Shown: piece after piece, positions 1 through 12,117 of the stretch | Numbering within the stretch: the stretch's first letter is position 1 | How the letters are laid out: each line of letters begins with the position of its first letter | Source: Eledone cirrhosa | Lineage: Eukaryota | Assembly (NCBI GenBank): GCA_964016885.1 | Contig: OZ024742.1 | Coordinates: 281,046,001 to 281,110,000 of the forward strand | Direction of reading: 5' to 3' | DNA length: 64,000 nt | Program-made: the position numbers and the translations under genes | Notes under the pieces: generated by a model | Databases searched by the model: none | Told to the model about the DNA's origin: nothing | The model's input: only the letters and a program-made list of their open reading frames with translations

Positions 1-204
1 ACAATCAAAGTTTTCTTTAAATATTTTAGATGTTTTATTCTTTCCTAAAAATTCCTGTATTTTTGCCTTAATTAAAAGAATTATAAAAACGAAAATCATA
101 AAATAAAATTTAAATTAAATCAAAAATGGTAAAATAATCTATGTTCTAAAAATGTTTCCCTTTTTTAATTATGAATAAAAAAACTGACAGTAGAAAGAAG
201 CCTT

Positions 205-275
205 ATGAAACTGTGGATTCGAACTCGGTGTATAGCAGAGACAAAGTGGGATCTTAACAAATAGACGATCACCGA
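205..275 (-). pseudogene. degenerate tRNA-His copy
   Basis: Remnants ggattcgaac...acaaagtggg...tagacgatcac align to the intact copy at 627-698; flanks resemble 11300-11800. Confidence 0.6.
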
Positions 276-626
276 TAAAAGGTAATATATGTTAGTCCTG
301 TCAAAAATATTATTGATATATACGGTTCCATCTACAATATTTCAGACGTACCAATAGGTGTAAAATATCCACTATTAAAATGTACATTTTCTGAAAGATA
401 GGTTAAACGATACTTATTTATAACTATACGTGTACATTTCTTGTCTTTTAACAATAATAGAAACAATTATAAAATAACTAATTTGAAACATAATAGTAAG
501 AAACAATATGATATAAAAATCATATGCCAATGAAAACAATAATATTAATTCTACTATATTATAAAATATATTTTCTTTTTTAATCACTTAGTATGAATTT
601 GCAAAAAAAAAAAAATTTGTAGAAGC

Positions 627-698
627 TGCCGTGACCAGGATTCGAACCTGGGTTACCACGGCCACAACGTGGGGTCCTGACCACTAGACGATCACGGC
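627..698 (-). tRNA. tRNA-His (GTG), intact
   Basis: Reverse complement GCCGTGATCGTCTAGTGGTCAGGACCCCACGTTGTGGCCGTGGTAACCCAGGTTCGAATCCTGGTCACGGCA forms a full cloverleaf with GTG anticodon and A/B boxes; oligo-T Pol III terminator at 603-615. Confidence 0.95.
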
Positions 699-1302
699 TA
701 ACAGCTAATACATGCTGGCAAAGTTCAATGTAATCTCTATATAGTAAAGTTGAATGCTACTGCTTATTACATTGGTTCCGGATTTGCGTTGTCATTAACT
801 TCTACGAAGATATTTCTAGCTGGCCTTCGGAATTTCCACAGATTTATTGAGTTCTGAATTGGTATATTGAATTTTCATTAAATACTAAACATGGAAACAT
901 ATATGCCTTCGGTTTTTATAAACATCCAAGTATATTTTATTTAGTTTTCATTATGGAATATACCTAGAAGTTTATTCTGTATTCACCAGAATTATTGTTT
1001 TGTTAATTACAAAATATTGAAGAACGAAAATGTGCCCTTTGTTGTCGTAACCTGAATCCTAACCACTACACGAAGAGAGTAAATAACTTTTATAAAAATG
1101 AGTTTTACAAATTCTTAGTGATATATAAACATTGTTGGCTATTATGTTTCTGTCGTTATATTAATTCCGTATAAACAGTCAGTGCTTACAAGCAAAGTTT
1201 TCTTTAAATATTTTAGATAATACATCAGAAATATATAGTGCGGAATCATTGAATAAAATATAAATTAACTCACAAATGATAAAATAACATATAGTTTCCT
1301 AA

Positions 1303-2060
1303 GATCTGACAATTGGCAGGTAAGCAGTATGCCGAACTGATGAAGGGTTATCACCCGGAAACATTAATGCCTGCAGTTCTTTTTACGTGCAAACACAAGA
1401 GCACGAATGACGGAGTCATTCTACTGACATGGCTTAAAGAGGCTGATGCATACTTGCAAACGAATCGAATATCATTATTATTGATTCTGTCTTTCATCCT
1501 TGCGGGGTCGATAAAATGAAGTACATGTAATGTACTGCGTAATTGCTGGCCTTGTCGCTAAAGTAGAAACAATTATTAATATTCGAAAAACAATTATTAA
1601 TATTCAAAAAAACTCAGATTGTATTTATTGTATTCAACCATGTAAAGCGATAAACTATTTGTTAGTTATTTGAATATGGCAAAGCCGGCCATTAATCGCT
1701 CGTATATATGAAGCTGACTGGCCTATCTGCTGACATGCAGATCTGACTGATCAGGCAGTCTGCTAATATGCAAATCATGCCGATCAGTCAGTGTATATTA
1801 TTAGAAAATATCATATATTTTCACTAGCTCTGACAGTTGGCAACTAAGCAGTATACAGTACTGATGAAGGGTAATCACCCAGAAACATTAGAGACTGTAG
1901 TTCTGTTTACATGCCCACCCCACAAGAGCAAGAATAACGGTGTTAAAGAGGCTATTGGCATAATTGCAACCGAAAAGAAATATTATCCTTTATATTCGAA
2001 AATCTCACACTACATTTATTGTAGGTAGCCATGTAGGGCAATACACTATTTGTTAGCTAT
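1303..2060 (+). repeat. diverged direct-repeat pair (~525 bp apart), each copy with an HHR-like motif
   Basis: ctgaca.ttggca..taagcagtat...CTGATGA-agggt-(t/a)atc-accc-GAAAC... occurs at ~1305 and ~1829; motifs at 1334-1379 and 1855-1906. Confidence 0.55.
1485..1575 (+). mobile_element. SINE 3' fragment (Nin/Deu-like domain)
   Basis: ctttcatccttgcggggtcgataaaat...gctggccttg...aaagtagaaacaatta matches SINE copies at 10133, 25816, 35320 and 61681. Confidence 0.7.
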
Positions 2061-2064
2061 TATA

Positions 2065-2101
<37 letters not shown>

Positions 2102-2153
2102 AAACCCCATCACCAACAGTTTTGCAAGAGATGATTGTGTTGTTATTTCTGAT

Positions 2154-2228
<75 letters not shown>

Positions 2229-2229
<1 letters not shown>

Positions 2230-3247
2230 AATTAGTATATCTACCAACATATATATACAGATGCATACCTATGCTAGCAAATATATAGGTTTTGTCTTCG
2301 TAACTTTGTGGTTCAATGCAAGGGGATGCAGAACAATTATATGAAAGACGTAAAATAAGAAAATTATAAAAATTAACTTACTTATTATAATTTCACTCCA
2401 ACTAATTAGTTTCTGAAAGGCAATAAACATGGTAGCCGTTCGGAACAACATGGACAAAAATCCTTTCGTCATCAGGGAGGTATATTCTCAGCTAAGTTCC
2501 CAGGCAATGCGTGGACACAGGGAACTTATACAAAAATAATTCAATGGATGGAAAAAGCAAGCGAGGAATAAATTCCAGGACATTGAAAAAATCAATGCCT
2601 ACTTGGTCGGTGGCAAATTCAAAAGAATCAATCACGTGACATCGAGGTTAATCAGTGAGGAGTGGGGTGCTAATAAGACAGTCGCCTGACTATTACTATG
2701 AACCATAGTAGTAGTTTTGGCAAATTTTTGCTCAACAAAATAATTTGGAGATAATTATAAAGAATTAGTATATCTACCAACATATATATACAGATGCATA
2801 CCTATGCTAGCAAATATATAGGTTTTGTCTTAGTAACTTTGTGGTTCAATGCAAGGGGATGCAGAACAATTATATGAAAGACGTAAAGTAAGAAAATTAT
2901 AAAAATTAACTTACTTAGCACCTCACTCCTCATTGATTAACCTCGATGTCATGTGATTGATTATCTTGAATTTGCCACCGACCAAGTAGGCAGTGATTTT
3001 TTCAATGTCCTTTAATTTAGTCCTCGCTTGCTTTTTTCCATCCACTGAATTATTTTTGTATAAGTTCCCTGTGTCCACGAATTGCCTGAGAACTTAGCTG
3101 AGAGTAGACCTCCCTGATGACGAAAGGATTTTTCTCCATGTTGTTCCGGCGGACTCATGTTTATTCCCTTTCAGAAACTAATAGTTGGAGTGAAATTTTA
3201 GTAAGTAAGTAAATTTATATAATTTTCTTATTTTATGTCTTTCATAT
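2229..3247 (-). mobile_element. non-coding PLE pLTR/retrozyme-like element: 532-bp unit, partial repeat and inverted segment, in (TA)n
   Basis: 2229-2385 is repeated at 2761-2917; ~2916-3247 is the reverse complement of ~2339-2673; HHR at 2396-2479 (-) and 3110-3190 (+); (TA)n on both sides. Confidence 0.75.
2396..2479 (-). ncRNA. type I hammerhead ribozyme with long stem II
   Basis: CTCC-CTGATGA-cGAAAGG...CCTTTCa-GAAAC-taatta-GTT-GGAG; palindromic CTAATTAG in stem III; C-A mismatch at the base of stem II. Confidence 0.6.
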
Positions 3248-3264
3248 ATATATATATATATATA

Positions 3265-3740
3265 TCACCTTCGCGGATCTTCAGCTCGGGATGTGTATGG
3301 TTATAGGAACAGGAAGGACAACCGTACGAACGCGCATGCGTAGAAACTCGGTCACTTCACACAGGCAATACAAGACTGCGTGAAGGAGGTGTAAGGGAGA
3401 TAACTGCGAAAGTCCGGAAAGTTTTTAGGTTGAAAATAAAATAAATAGAATTAAAAATAAAATTACAAAGAATCAGTCCGGAGCCTTGTAGTTATGCAAT
3501 AGATGTTTAGTGACGTGTGGACAACGTGTGGTAAATTCACTTCTCGTATTTAGGTAATCACTATTGCGTAATCTCTTTAGGATAGTTATTCGCTCGTCAA
3601 TACATAAGCCACACGTCGGATTTCTCCTTGCGTATGGCTTGGACTTAGTGATGGCTTTCCATTGAATGGAGTAGCCTATACTTGAGTCCTTGAGGGACCA
3701 TACGTGGCTCGCGAGTTTCGTGGATGAACGTCTGTCCCTA
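3265..3740. repeat. unclassified ~475-bp insertion in (TA)n
   Basis: GC-richer segment bounded by TA tracts; no ORF and no complete HHR found. Confidence 0.3.
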
Positions 3741-3904
3741 TATATATATATCTATCTATATATATATATATATATATATATGAGTATAGACATAGAATAT
3801 TCGAAAATATTCTGTATGTTTATAATAAACATTTTGAAGACCTAATCGCTATAGAATAGAATACGTCACGTATTACAATTAGATTCTCGATAAAAGCAAG
3901 GGAA

Positions 3905-3947
3905 GTAATCTACGCGTTTCATTCTTGTTAGAATTCATCAGGACTAC
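3905..3947 (-). ncRNA. type I hammerhead ribozyme in the inverted monomer
   Basis: Exact reverse complement of 4299-4341. Confidence 0.88.
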
Positions 3948-4274
3948 ATATCCAGTGCTTTTATCGAGAATGACACAGCTAGAGACTTATAGAATACTTA
4001 GCTGTGTACTGGAACTGGTTTGAAAGAGCGGTTGCCGGTCCGGCAGAAATTAGAAATTGGAATAAATGCTCTGAAATAGCGATATATATGTTAGGTCTTC
4101 AAAATGTTTATTATAAACATACAGAATATTTTCGAATATTCTATGTCTATACTCACATATATATCGCTATTTCAGAGCATTTATTCCAATTTCTAATTTC
4201 TGCCGGACCGGCAACCGCTCTTTCAAACCAGTTCCAGTACACAGCTAAGTATTCTATAAGTCTCTAGCTGTGTC

Positions 4275-4363
4275 ATTCTCGATAAAAGCACTGGATATGT
4301 AGTCCTGATGAATTCTAACAAGAATGAAACGCGTAGATTACTTCCCTTGCTTTTATCGAGAAT
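4275..4363 (+). ncRNA. type I hammerhead ribozyme (first of 11 plus-strand copies at +310 steps)
   Basis: GTAGTC-CTGATGA-ATTCT(aaca)AGAAT-GAAA-CGCG-TA-GATTAC (4299-4341); stem I extends past an internal loop via ATTCTCGATAAAAGCA/TGCTTTTATCGAGAAT; predicted cut after GUA at 4335. Confidence 0.92.
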
Positions 4364-7300
4364 CTAATTGTAATACGTGACGTATTCTATTCTATAGCGA
4401 TTAGCTCTTCAAAATGTTTATTATAAACATACAGAATATTTTCGAATATTCTATGTCTATACTCACATATATATCGCTATTTCAGAGCATTTATTCCAAT
4501 TTCTAATTTCTGCCGGACCGGCAACCGCTCTTTCAAACCAGTTCCAGTACACAGCTAAGTATTCTATAAGTCTCTAGCTGTGTCATTCTCGATAAAAGCA
4601 CTGGATATGTAGTCCTGATGAATTCTAACAAGAATGAAACGCGTAGATTACTTCCCTTGCTTTTATCGAGAATCTAATTGTAATACGTGACGTATTCTAT
4701 TCTATAGCGATTAGGTCTTCAAAATGTTTATTATAAACATACAGAATATTTTCGAATATTCTATGTCTATACTCACATATATATCGCTATTTCAGAGCAT
4801 TTATTCCAATTTCTAATTTCTGCCGGACCGGCAACCGCTCTTTCAAACCAGTTCCAGTACACAGCTAAGTATTCTATAAGTCTCTAGCTGTGTCATTCTC
4901 GATAAAAGCACTGGATATGTAGTCCTGATGAATTCTAACAAGAATGAAACGCGTAGATTACTTCCCTTGCTTTTATCGAGAATCTAATTGTAATACGTGA
5001 CGTATTCTATTCTATAGCGATTAGGTCTTCAAAATGTTTATTATAAACATACAGAATATTTTCGAATATTCTATGTCTATACTCACATATATATCGCTAT
5101 TTCAGAGCATTTATTCCAATTTCTAATTTCTGCCGGACCGGCAACCGCTCTTTCAAACCAGTTCCAGTACACAGCTAAGTATTCTATAAGTCTCTAGCTG
5201 TGTCATTCTCGATAAAAGCACTGGATATGTAGTCCTGATGAATTCTAACAAGAATGAAACGCGTAGATTACTTCCCTTGCTTTTATCGAGAATCTAATTG
5301 TAATACGTGACGTATTCTATTCTATAGCGATTAGGTCTTCAAAATGTTTATTATAAACATACAGAATATTTTCGAATATTCTATGTCTATACTCACATAT
5401 ATATCGCTATTTCAGAGCATTTATTCCAATTTCTAATTTCTGCCGGACCGGCAACCGCTCTTTCAAACCAGTTCCAGTACACAGCTAAGTATTCTATAAG
5501 TCTCTAGCTGTGTCATTCTCGATAAAAGCACTGGATATGTAGTCCTGATGAATTCTAACAAGAATGAAACGCGTAGATTACTTCCCTTGCTTTTATCGAG
5601 AATCTAATTGTAATACGTGACGTATTCTATTCTATAGCGATTAGGTCTTCAAAATGTTTATTATAAACATACAGAATATTTTCGAATATTCTATGTCTAT
5701 ACTCACATATATATCGCTATTTCAGAGCATTTATTCCAATTTCTAATTTCTGCCGGACCGGCAACCGCTCTTTCAAACCAGTTCCAGTACACAGCTAAGT
5801 ATTCTATAAGTCTCTAGCTGTGTCATTCTCGATAAAAGCACTGGATATGTAGTCCTGATGAATTCTAACAAGAATGAAACGCGTAGATTACTTCCCTTGC
5901 TTTTATCGAGAATCTAATTGTAATACGTGACGTATTCTATTCTATAGCGATTAGGTCTTCAAAATGTTTATTATAAACATACAGAATATTTTCGAATATT
6001 CTATGTCTATACTCACATATATATCGCTATTTCAGAGCATTTATTCCAATTTCTAATTTCTGCCGGACCGGCAACCGCTCTTTCAAACCAGTTCCAGTAC
6101 ACAGCTAAGTATTCTATAAGTCTCTAGCTGTGTCATTCTCGATAAAAGCACTGGATATGTAGTCCTGATGAATTCTAACAAGAATGAAACGCGTAGATTA
6201 CTTCCCTTGCTTTTATCGAGAATCTAATTGTAATACGTGACGTATTCTATTCTATAGCGATTAGGTCTTCAAAATGTTTATTATAAACATACAGAATATT
6301 TTCGAATATTCTATGTCTATACTCACATATATATCGCTATTTCAGAGCATTTATTCCAATTTCTAATTTCTGCCGGACCGGCAACTGCTCTTTCAAACCA
6401 GTTCCAGTACACAGCTAAGTATTCTATAAGTCTCTAGCTGTGTCATTCTCGATAAAAGCACTGGATATGTAGTCCTGATGAATTCTAACAAGAATGAAAC
6501 GCGTAGATTACTTCCCTTGCTTTTATCGAGAATCTAATTGTAATACGTGACGTATTCTATTCTATAGCGATTAGGTCTTCAAAATGTTTATTATAAACAT
6601 ACAGAATATTTTCGAATATTCTATGTCTATACTCACATATATATCGCTATTTCAGAGCATTTATTCCAATTTCTAATTTCTGCCGGACCGGCAACCGCTC
6701 TTTCAAACCAGTTCCAGTACACAGCTAAGTATTCTATAAGTCTCTAGCTGTGTCATTCTCGATAAAAGCACTGGATATGTAGTCCTGATGAATTCTAACA
6801 AGAATGAAACGCGTAGATTACTTCCCTTGCTTTTATCGAGAATCTAATTGTAATACGTGACGTATTCTATTCTATAGCGATTAGGTCTTCAAAATGTTTA
6901 TTATAAACATACAGAATATTTTCGAATATTCTATGTCTATACTCACATATATATCGCTATTTCAGAGCATTTATTCCAATTTCTAATTTCTGCCGGACCG
7001 GCAACCGCTCTTTCAAACCAGTTCCAGTACACAGCTAAGTATTCTATAAGTCTCTAGCTGTGTCATTCTCGATAAAAGCACTGGATATGTAGTCCTGATG
7101 AATTCTAACAAGAATGAAACGCGTAGATTACTTCCCTTGCTTTTATCGAGAATCTAATTGTAATACGTGACGTATTCTATTCTATAGCGATTAGGTCTTC
7201 AAAATGTTTATTATAAACATACAGAATATTTTCGAATATTCTATGTCTATACTCACATATATATCGCTATTTCAGAGCATTTATTCCAATTTCTAATTTC

Positions 7301-7594
7301 TGCCGGACCGGCAACCGCTCTTTCAAACCAGTTCCAGTACACAGCTAAGTATTCTATAAGTCTCTAGCTGTGTCATTCTCGATAAAAGCACTGGATATGT
7401 AGTCCTGATGAATTCTAACAAGAATGAAACGCGTAGATTACTTCCCTTGCTTTTATCGAGAATCTAATTGTAATACGTGACGTATTCTATTCTATAGCGA
7501 TTAGGTCTTCAAAATGTTTATTATAAACATACAGAATATTTTCGAATATTCTATGTCTATACTCACATATATATCGCTATTTCAGAGCATTTAT

Positions 7595-7630
<36 letters not shown>

Positions 7631-8416
7631 GGGTGTCTGTGATCTAGATACACTGGTCACACACACACAAACACATGGATACACACTTACACACACACAC
7701 ACGCACACATATATATCCTTCCTATTTAGCAGGGACCATTCGCTACACACATAGATACAGTAATGCTGTTTTAGATTCTTTGATGTCACTTGTTATAAGT
7801 TCATTCAACAACACTACCAGGTTTCTATCCCCACCTCTCTCTCTTTCTTCCATTTTCCCTCTCTATCTGCGTCTCTCTCTCTTTCTATGTCTCTTTTCCA
7901 ATCTAATCTCTCACAATAACCATCTCTTTCTCTCTCTCTTTCTCTCTCTCTTTCCCTCTCTCTATTTATGAAGGTACCTGGAAAAAGCCCATAACTCGGG
8001 ATCCCGTGCTCCTATTTAGGCGAATAAAGTTTTATTCCATTTGTATTCCCATTTCAGGAGCAACTTCCTTTAAAAGTATTGTTTCCATTATGTGCCATTT
8101 TGGCTGTATCTTAATTACAGACAAGCACACAATCACATAGTTTTATTGGTATGTAGATAGATAGATAAAAGTTTTCACCTTCAAAATTTCAGACGTTCAA
8201 CTAATGGCAACATATCCACTGCTAACAAGCAAAGTCTCTGTAACATAGTTTAAAAAATAATTAATCTTACCTGCAAATTACTGGTCCTGTACCAATAAGA
8301 AAAAAAAAATTATAAAAAAATTGATTTGAAAAACATACGGTAGAAAGAATATTAACAGGTATCTTATATATTCTAAAATATCTTTTATTTTTGCAAATAA
8401 AAGGATTTGTGAAAGG

Positions 8417-8488
8417 TGCCGTGACCAGGATTCGAATCTGGATTACCACGGCCACAACGTTGGGTCCTAACCACTAGACGATCACGGC
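8417..8488 (-). tRNA. tRNA-His (GTG) variant, probably impaired
   Basis: Full length, but the B-box reads ATTCGA (T-stem mismatch) and the anticodon stem has a mismatch (CAACG/CGTGG). Confidence 0.7.
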
Positions 8489-8718
8489 TACCAGCTAACA
8501 CATACAATAAACATCAAATGTAATAGTTATATATTAAAATTGGCTGCTACTGATCATTAGCTATGTTCTTTACTCCAGAGCTGTCCAAATTCTTAGTGAC
8601 ATATAAACGTTGCTAACTATGGTGTTTCTGTAGATACATTAATTCCATGTAAACAACCACTGTTAACAAGTAAAGTCATCTTTTAATACTTTAAATAAAA
8701 AAGAGTGTTCGGGGAAGC

Positions 8719-8790
8719 TGCCCAGAACAAGATTCGAACCTCCGTTACTACGACCACAAAGTGGGGTCCTGACCAATAGACGATCACGGG
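8719..8790 (-). pseudogene. tRNA-His pseudogene
   Basis: Colinear with 627-698 with many substitutions. Confidence 0.75.
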
Positions 8791-9249
8791 TAACAACTTA
8801 TACATACATTTAAAATCCATTGAAATACCTCTATATTAAAGTCTGCAGCTACTGCATGTTGCATTTGGTCAGTATTGTCGTTGTTTTCTGCTCCTACAAA
8901 GACATTACAAAGATGGAAAAGGCTCGGAGTTGGTATACCGAATTATCAGTAAATTCTAAACTTGGAATTTATTATTGGTTATATTCTGGCAAGTATCTAT
9001 ATATACACATTAATTTGTTCATTTGTTATAAACATCCATATAGTTAGTTTTTATCATAGCGTATGATTACATATAATCCTACCTGCATATTACCTCTCTT
9101 GTGCCAACAACAGAAACAATTATGAAAGAATTAATTTGAAAAACATACGCTAAAAGAAAAGATGACCAGGTATCTTATATATTCTAAGATATTTTTTCCT
9201 GTTTGAATTATTAAATATGAATTTTGCAAATAAAAAGATTTGTAGAAGC

Positions 9250-9321
9250 TGTTGGGACTAGGATGCGAACCTGGGTTACCACGGCCACAACGTGAGGCCT
9301 CAACCATTAGACGATCACGGC
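9250..9321 (-). pseudogene. tRNA-His pseudogene
   Basis: Colinear with 627-698; acceptor stem and T-loop mutated; flanks match ~600-1020. Confidence 0.8.
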
Positions 9322-10132
9322 TAACGCTAATACATACAGATGAAGTCCAATGTGATATCTATATGTCAATGTCGCCAGCTACTGCTTGTTAAATTTGTTT
9401 AGAATTGTTGTTGTCACCAACTTCTACAAAGATATTTCCAGCTAGCCTTTGAAGGTTTCACAGATGGATTGAGTTCTGAGTTGGTATAATGAATTTTCAA
9501 TAAATTCTAAACGTGGTATTTGTAATTGGTTACACTTTAGCAATGCCCTGTAAAGAAACATTTATTTCTTCATTTGTTATAAACATCCAAGTACATATTA
9601 TTCAGTTTTCACCATGGAATTTATCTAGGGGTTTATTCTGTATTAACGCAGGGTATTGTTTTGTTAATTACAAAATGTTGAAAAGCGGAAACACTAGTGG
9701 CAGAATATCCACTGATAACAAGGAAAGTCTCTGTAAGATGGTTTAAAGGATACTTCACTGCACATTACTGGACTTGTGTCAAAAACAAATATAAAAACAA
9801 ATATAAAAGAAATAATTTGAAGAAATACAATAAGGAAACAATAATCACGTATCTATTATACTCTAAAACACCATTTCGTTTTGAATTATGTATATTACTA
9901 AAACAGAGAATATCTGTTTGTCTGTCTGTCCAATCACCATATATTGAGAACGACCCAACCGAGTTTTTCAAACATTACACATGTAATACTTATGGTCGCG
10001 TGAGTGTTTTGAGCAAAAAAATTCAAATTTTCAATGCCCTAAGGACCGCATTAGGCGATTTGGCGATCTCTCACTATAATTCTTAGTCTTTCTCTTTTTA
10101 GATAGATACATAGATATAACGTTGCGGCTTTA

Positions 10133-10260
10133 TAATTGTTTCTACTTTAGGCACAAGGCCAGCAATTACCCAGTGCATTACTGGTACTTTATTTTATCGA
10201 CCCCGTAAGGATGAAAGGCAAAGTCAACCTCGGCGGGATTTGAACTCAGATCGTAAAGCG
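10133..10260 (-). mobile_element. tRNA-derived SINE (Nin/Deu-like), 5'-truncated
   Basis: ggtactttattttatcgaccccgtaaggatgaaaggcaaagtcaacctcggcgggatttgaactc, shared with other copies. Confidence 0.75.
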
Positions 10261-10430
10261 GCTTTATAATATCTGTCTGTATGCCTGGCTGTCTGCATTT
10301 CGTCATTATGACGCGATGTATGTGTCTGTGTGTCTGTGTATATATGTATATATATAGTGTATATATATATATATATAAAGTGTAACGTTTTTCGAAATAT
10401 TTACTTCTGCGCTCACAGATTTATTATATT

Positions 10431-10481
10431 AGTTTCAGAAGATCCCGTTAAGGGTGAAAGCAGCGATTATTTGCTTAAACT
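10431..10481 (+). ncRNA. HHR-like fold with non-canonical CAGAAGA core, in a PLE pLTR fragment
   Basis: AGTTT-CAGAAGA-tCCC(gttaa)GGGt-GAAA-GCA(gcgattatt)TGC-TT-AAACT; homologues near 24340-24390 (-), 26114-26164 (+), 26290-26337 (-) and 31441-31490 (+). Confidence 0.5.
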
Positions 10482-11158
10482 TTAATCTGTTATTTTAATA
10501 TATATATATATAATTATATATTCGTGTACAGATATTTGTGCATACACATATAAACAAAAGTATTTATTTCGCGATAAAGTATTGATTTTCTTCGAACGGA
10601 AAAAACCCCATTAAACTACGACGAATCTTTGTTATGCGCACAAAATGTAGACACTAACCCGAGGCCGAGGTATTCCGTACTTCTCTGTACTTTATTTATA
10701 TAATCGTGTACAGATATTTTTGCATACACAATAACAAAATATAAACACAAGTATTTACTTCACAAGGCTCGAAAAGGATAAATATATATCAAATATATAA
10801 GAACCCTAGAGCAAATCCCGAGCAACGCCGGGCCAATCTGTTAGTTAAATATATAATTGTAGGAAAAAGGGTTTGGAGAAGCTATCGGACATGGGTTACA
10901 ACAGTCACAACGTGATATACAAACGTTGCTAACTATGGTGTTTCTCTCGTTACATTAATCCCAAGTAAACAGCCCCTACTAACAAGTAAAATCTTCTTTT
11001 AATGATTTAAATAATAAAGTTTTTAGCTTTTTTCTCATATTGATGTGTTTAATGACAAAGAATTGATTTGAAAAATATACGGTAAAAAAAATATTATCAG
11101 GTATCTTATATATTCTAAAATATCTTTTACTTTTGCAAATAAAAGGATTTGTGGAAGC

Positions 11159-11230
11159 TGCCGTGACCAGGATTAGAACCTGGGTAACCACGGCCACAAC
11201 GTGGGGTCCTAACCACTAGACGATCACGGC
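11159..11230 (-). tRNA. tRNA-His (GTG), near intact
   Basis: All stems pair; T-loop reads TTCTAAT instead of TTCGAAT. Confidence 0.8.
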
Positions 11231-11437
11231 TAACACATAAATGAGCCGCAAATGTAATAACTATATTTATGTGGTTTAATTACAAGGAATTATAAAACAA
11301 TATCGGAAATAAAACCTGAGACATCATAAAATAAAATATAAGTTAAAACAAAATTGATGAAACATCTATTTTTTCAGAATGTTTTCGTTCATGAATAATG
11401 AAACAAAATTCGTTTAGTATGAAGTAGCTGTATGGAC

Positions 11438-11510
11438 TGCGGGGACAAGGATTCGAACTCAAGGATTATAAGAGACACAACGTGGATTCCTAAGAACTAG
11501 TCGATCACGG
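11438..11510 (-). pseudogene. tRNA-His pseudogene
   Basis: ggattcgaac...cacaacgtgg...actagtcgatcacgg. Confidence 0.7.
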
Positions 11511-11891
11511 ATAGATGTTAATACATTTTAGTGTTGTTGAAATTACTATTGATATATAAACGTTTCCACTAGTTGCAAACAAACGTCTCAGTTAAATAGT
11601 TTAAACGATACTTACTCATAATCTTCGCTTCAAATTACTGGTTTTGTGTCAACAAAACAATTGTAAATGAATTAATTAGAAAACAATATAACTGTAATAA
11701 AACCCATATTACAATATCAAATAATATAAAATTCATCAATGAATGAAAACAAAAATGAAATAAATTTTACATACTTAAAGATCATTTGTTTTTGAATTAT
11801 TAAATTCAAATTTTCAGGAAAAAAATGTTTGTATGAGTTTAAACTACAGGAGGAATATTCTCATTAGCGTTTAACCTCATGTTTACATATG

Positions 11892-12117
11892 TCTTCTTCT
11901 TCTTCTTCTTCTTCTTCTTCTTCTTCTTCTTCTTCTTCTTCTTCTTCTTCTTCTTCTTCTTCTTCTTCTTCTTCTTCTTCTTCTTCTTCTTCTTCTTCTT
12001 CTTCTTCTTCTTCTTCTTCTTCTTCTTCTTCTTCTTCTTCTTCTTCTTCTTCTTCTTCTTCTTCTTCTTCTTCTTCTTCTTCTTCTTCTTCTCCTTCTTC
12101 TTCTTCTTCTTCTTCTT
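11892..12117. repeat. (TTC)n microsatellite
   Basis: ~75 units with one interruption; source of the poly-K/E/R/F/S ORFs. Confidence 0.98.

Larger units (their letters stand above)
3781..7600 (+). mobile_element. retrozyme-like tandem array: ~11.3 x 310-bp HHR units plus one inverted 310-bp monomer
   Basis: Period exactly 310 (aaaatgttta at 4101, 4411 ... 7511); 3781-4090 is one full reverse-complement unit; one HHR per unit; (TA)n on both sides. Confidence 0.9.
9889..10846 (+). mobile_element. putative non-autonomous Helitron with nested SINE and pLTR fragments
   Basis: 5' ...taaaacagagaatatctgtttgtctgtctgtcc; 3' hairpin cccgagcaacgccggg followed by (T)TAGT resembles a Helitron CTAG end. 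Confidence 0.45.

Noticed and set aside
3265-3740. Hammerhead in this TA-flanked insert
   Set aside because: GAAAC..GTC (plus) and CTGAAGA (minus) lie on different strands; no complete fold could be built.
3781-7600. CRISPR array or coding repeat (ORF 4004-4267)
   Set aside because: Units are identical with no unique spacers; the ORF only spans the inversion junction.
7970-8165. Helitron 5' end on the minus strand
   Set aside because: Resembles the 9889 start, but no 3' hairpin or CTAG end was found.
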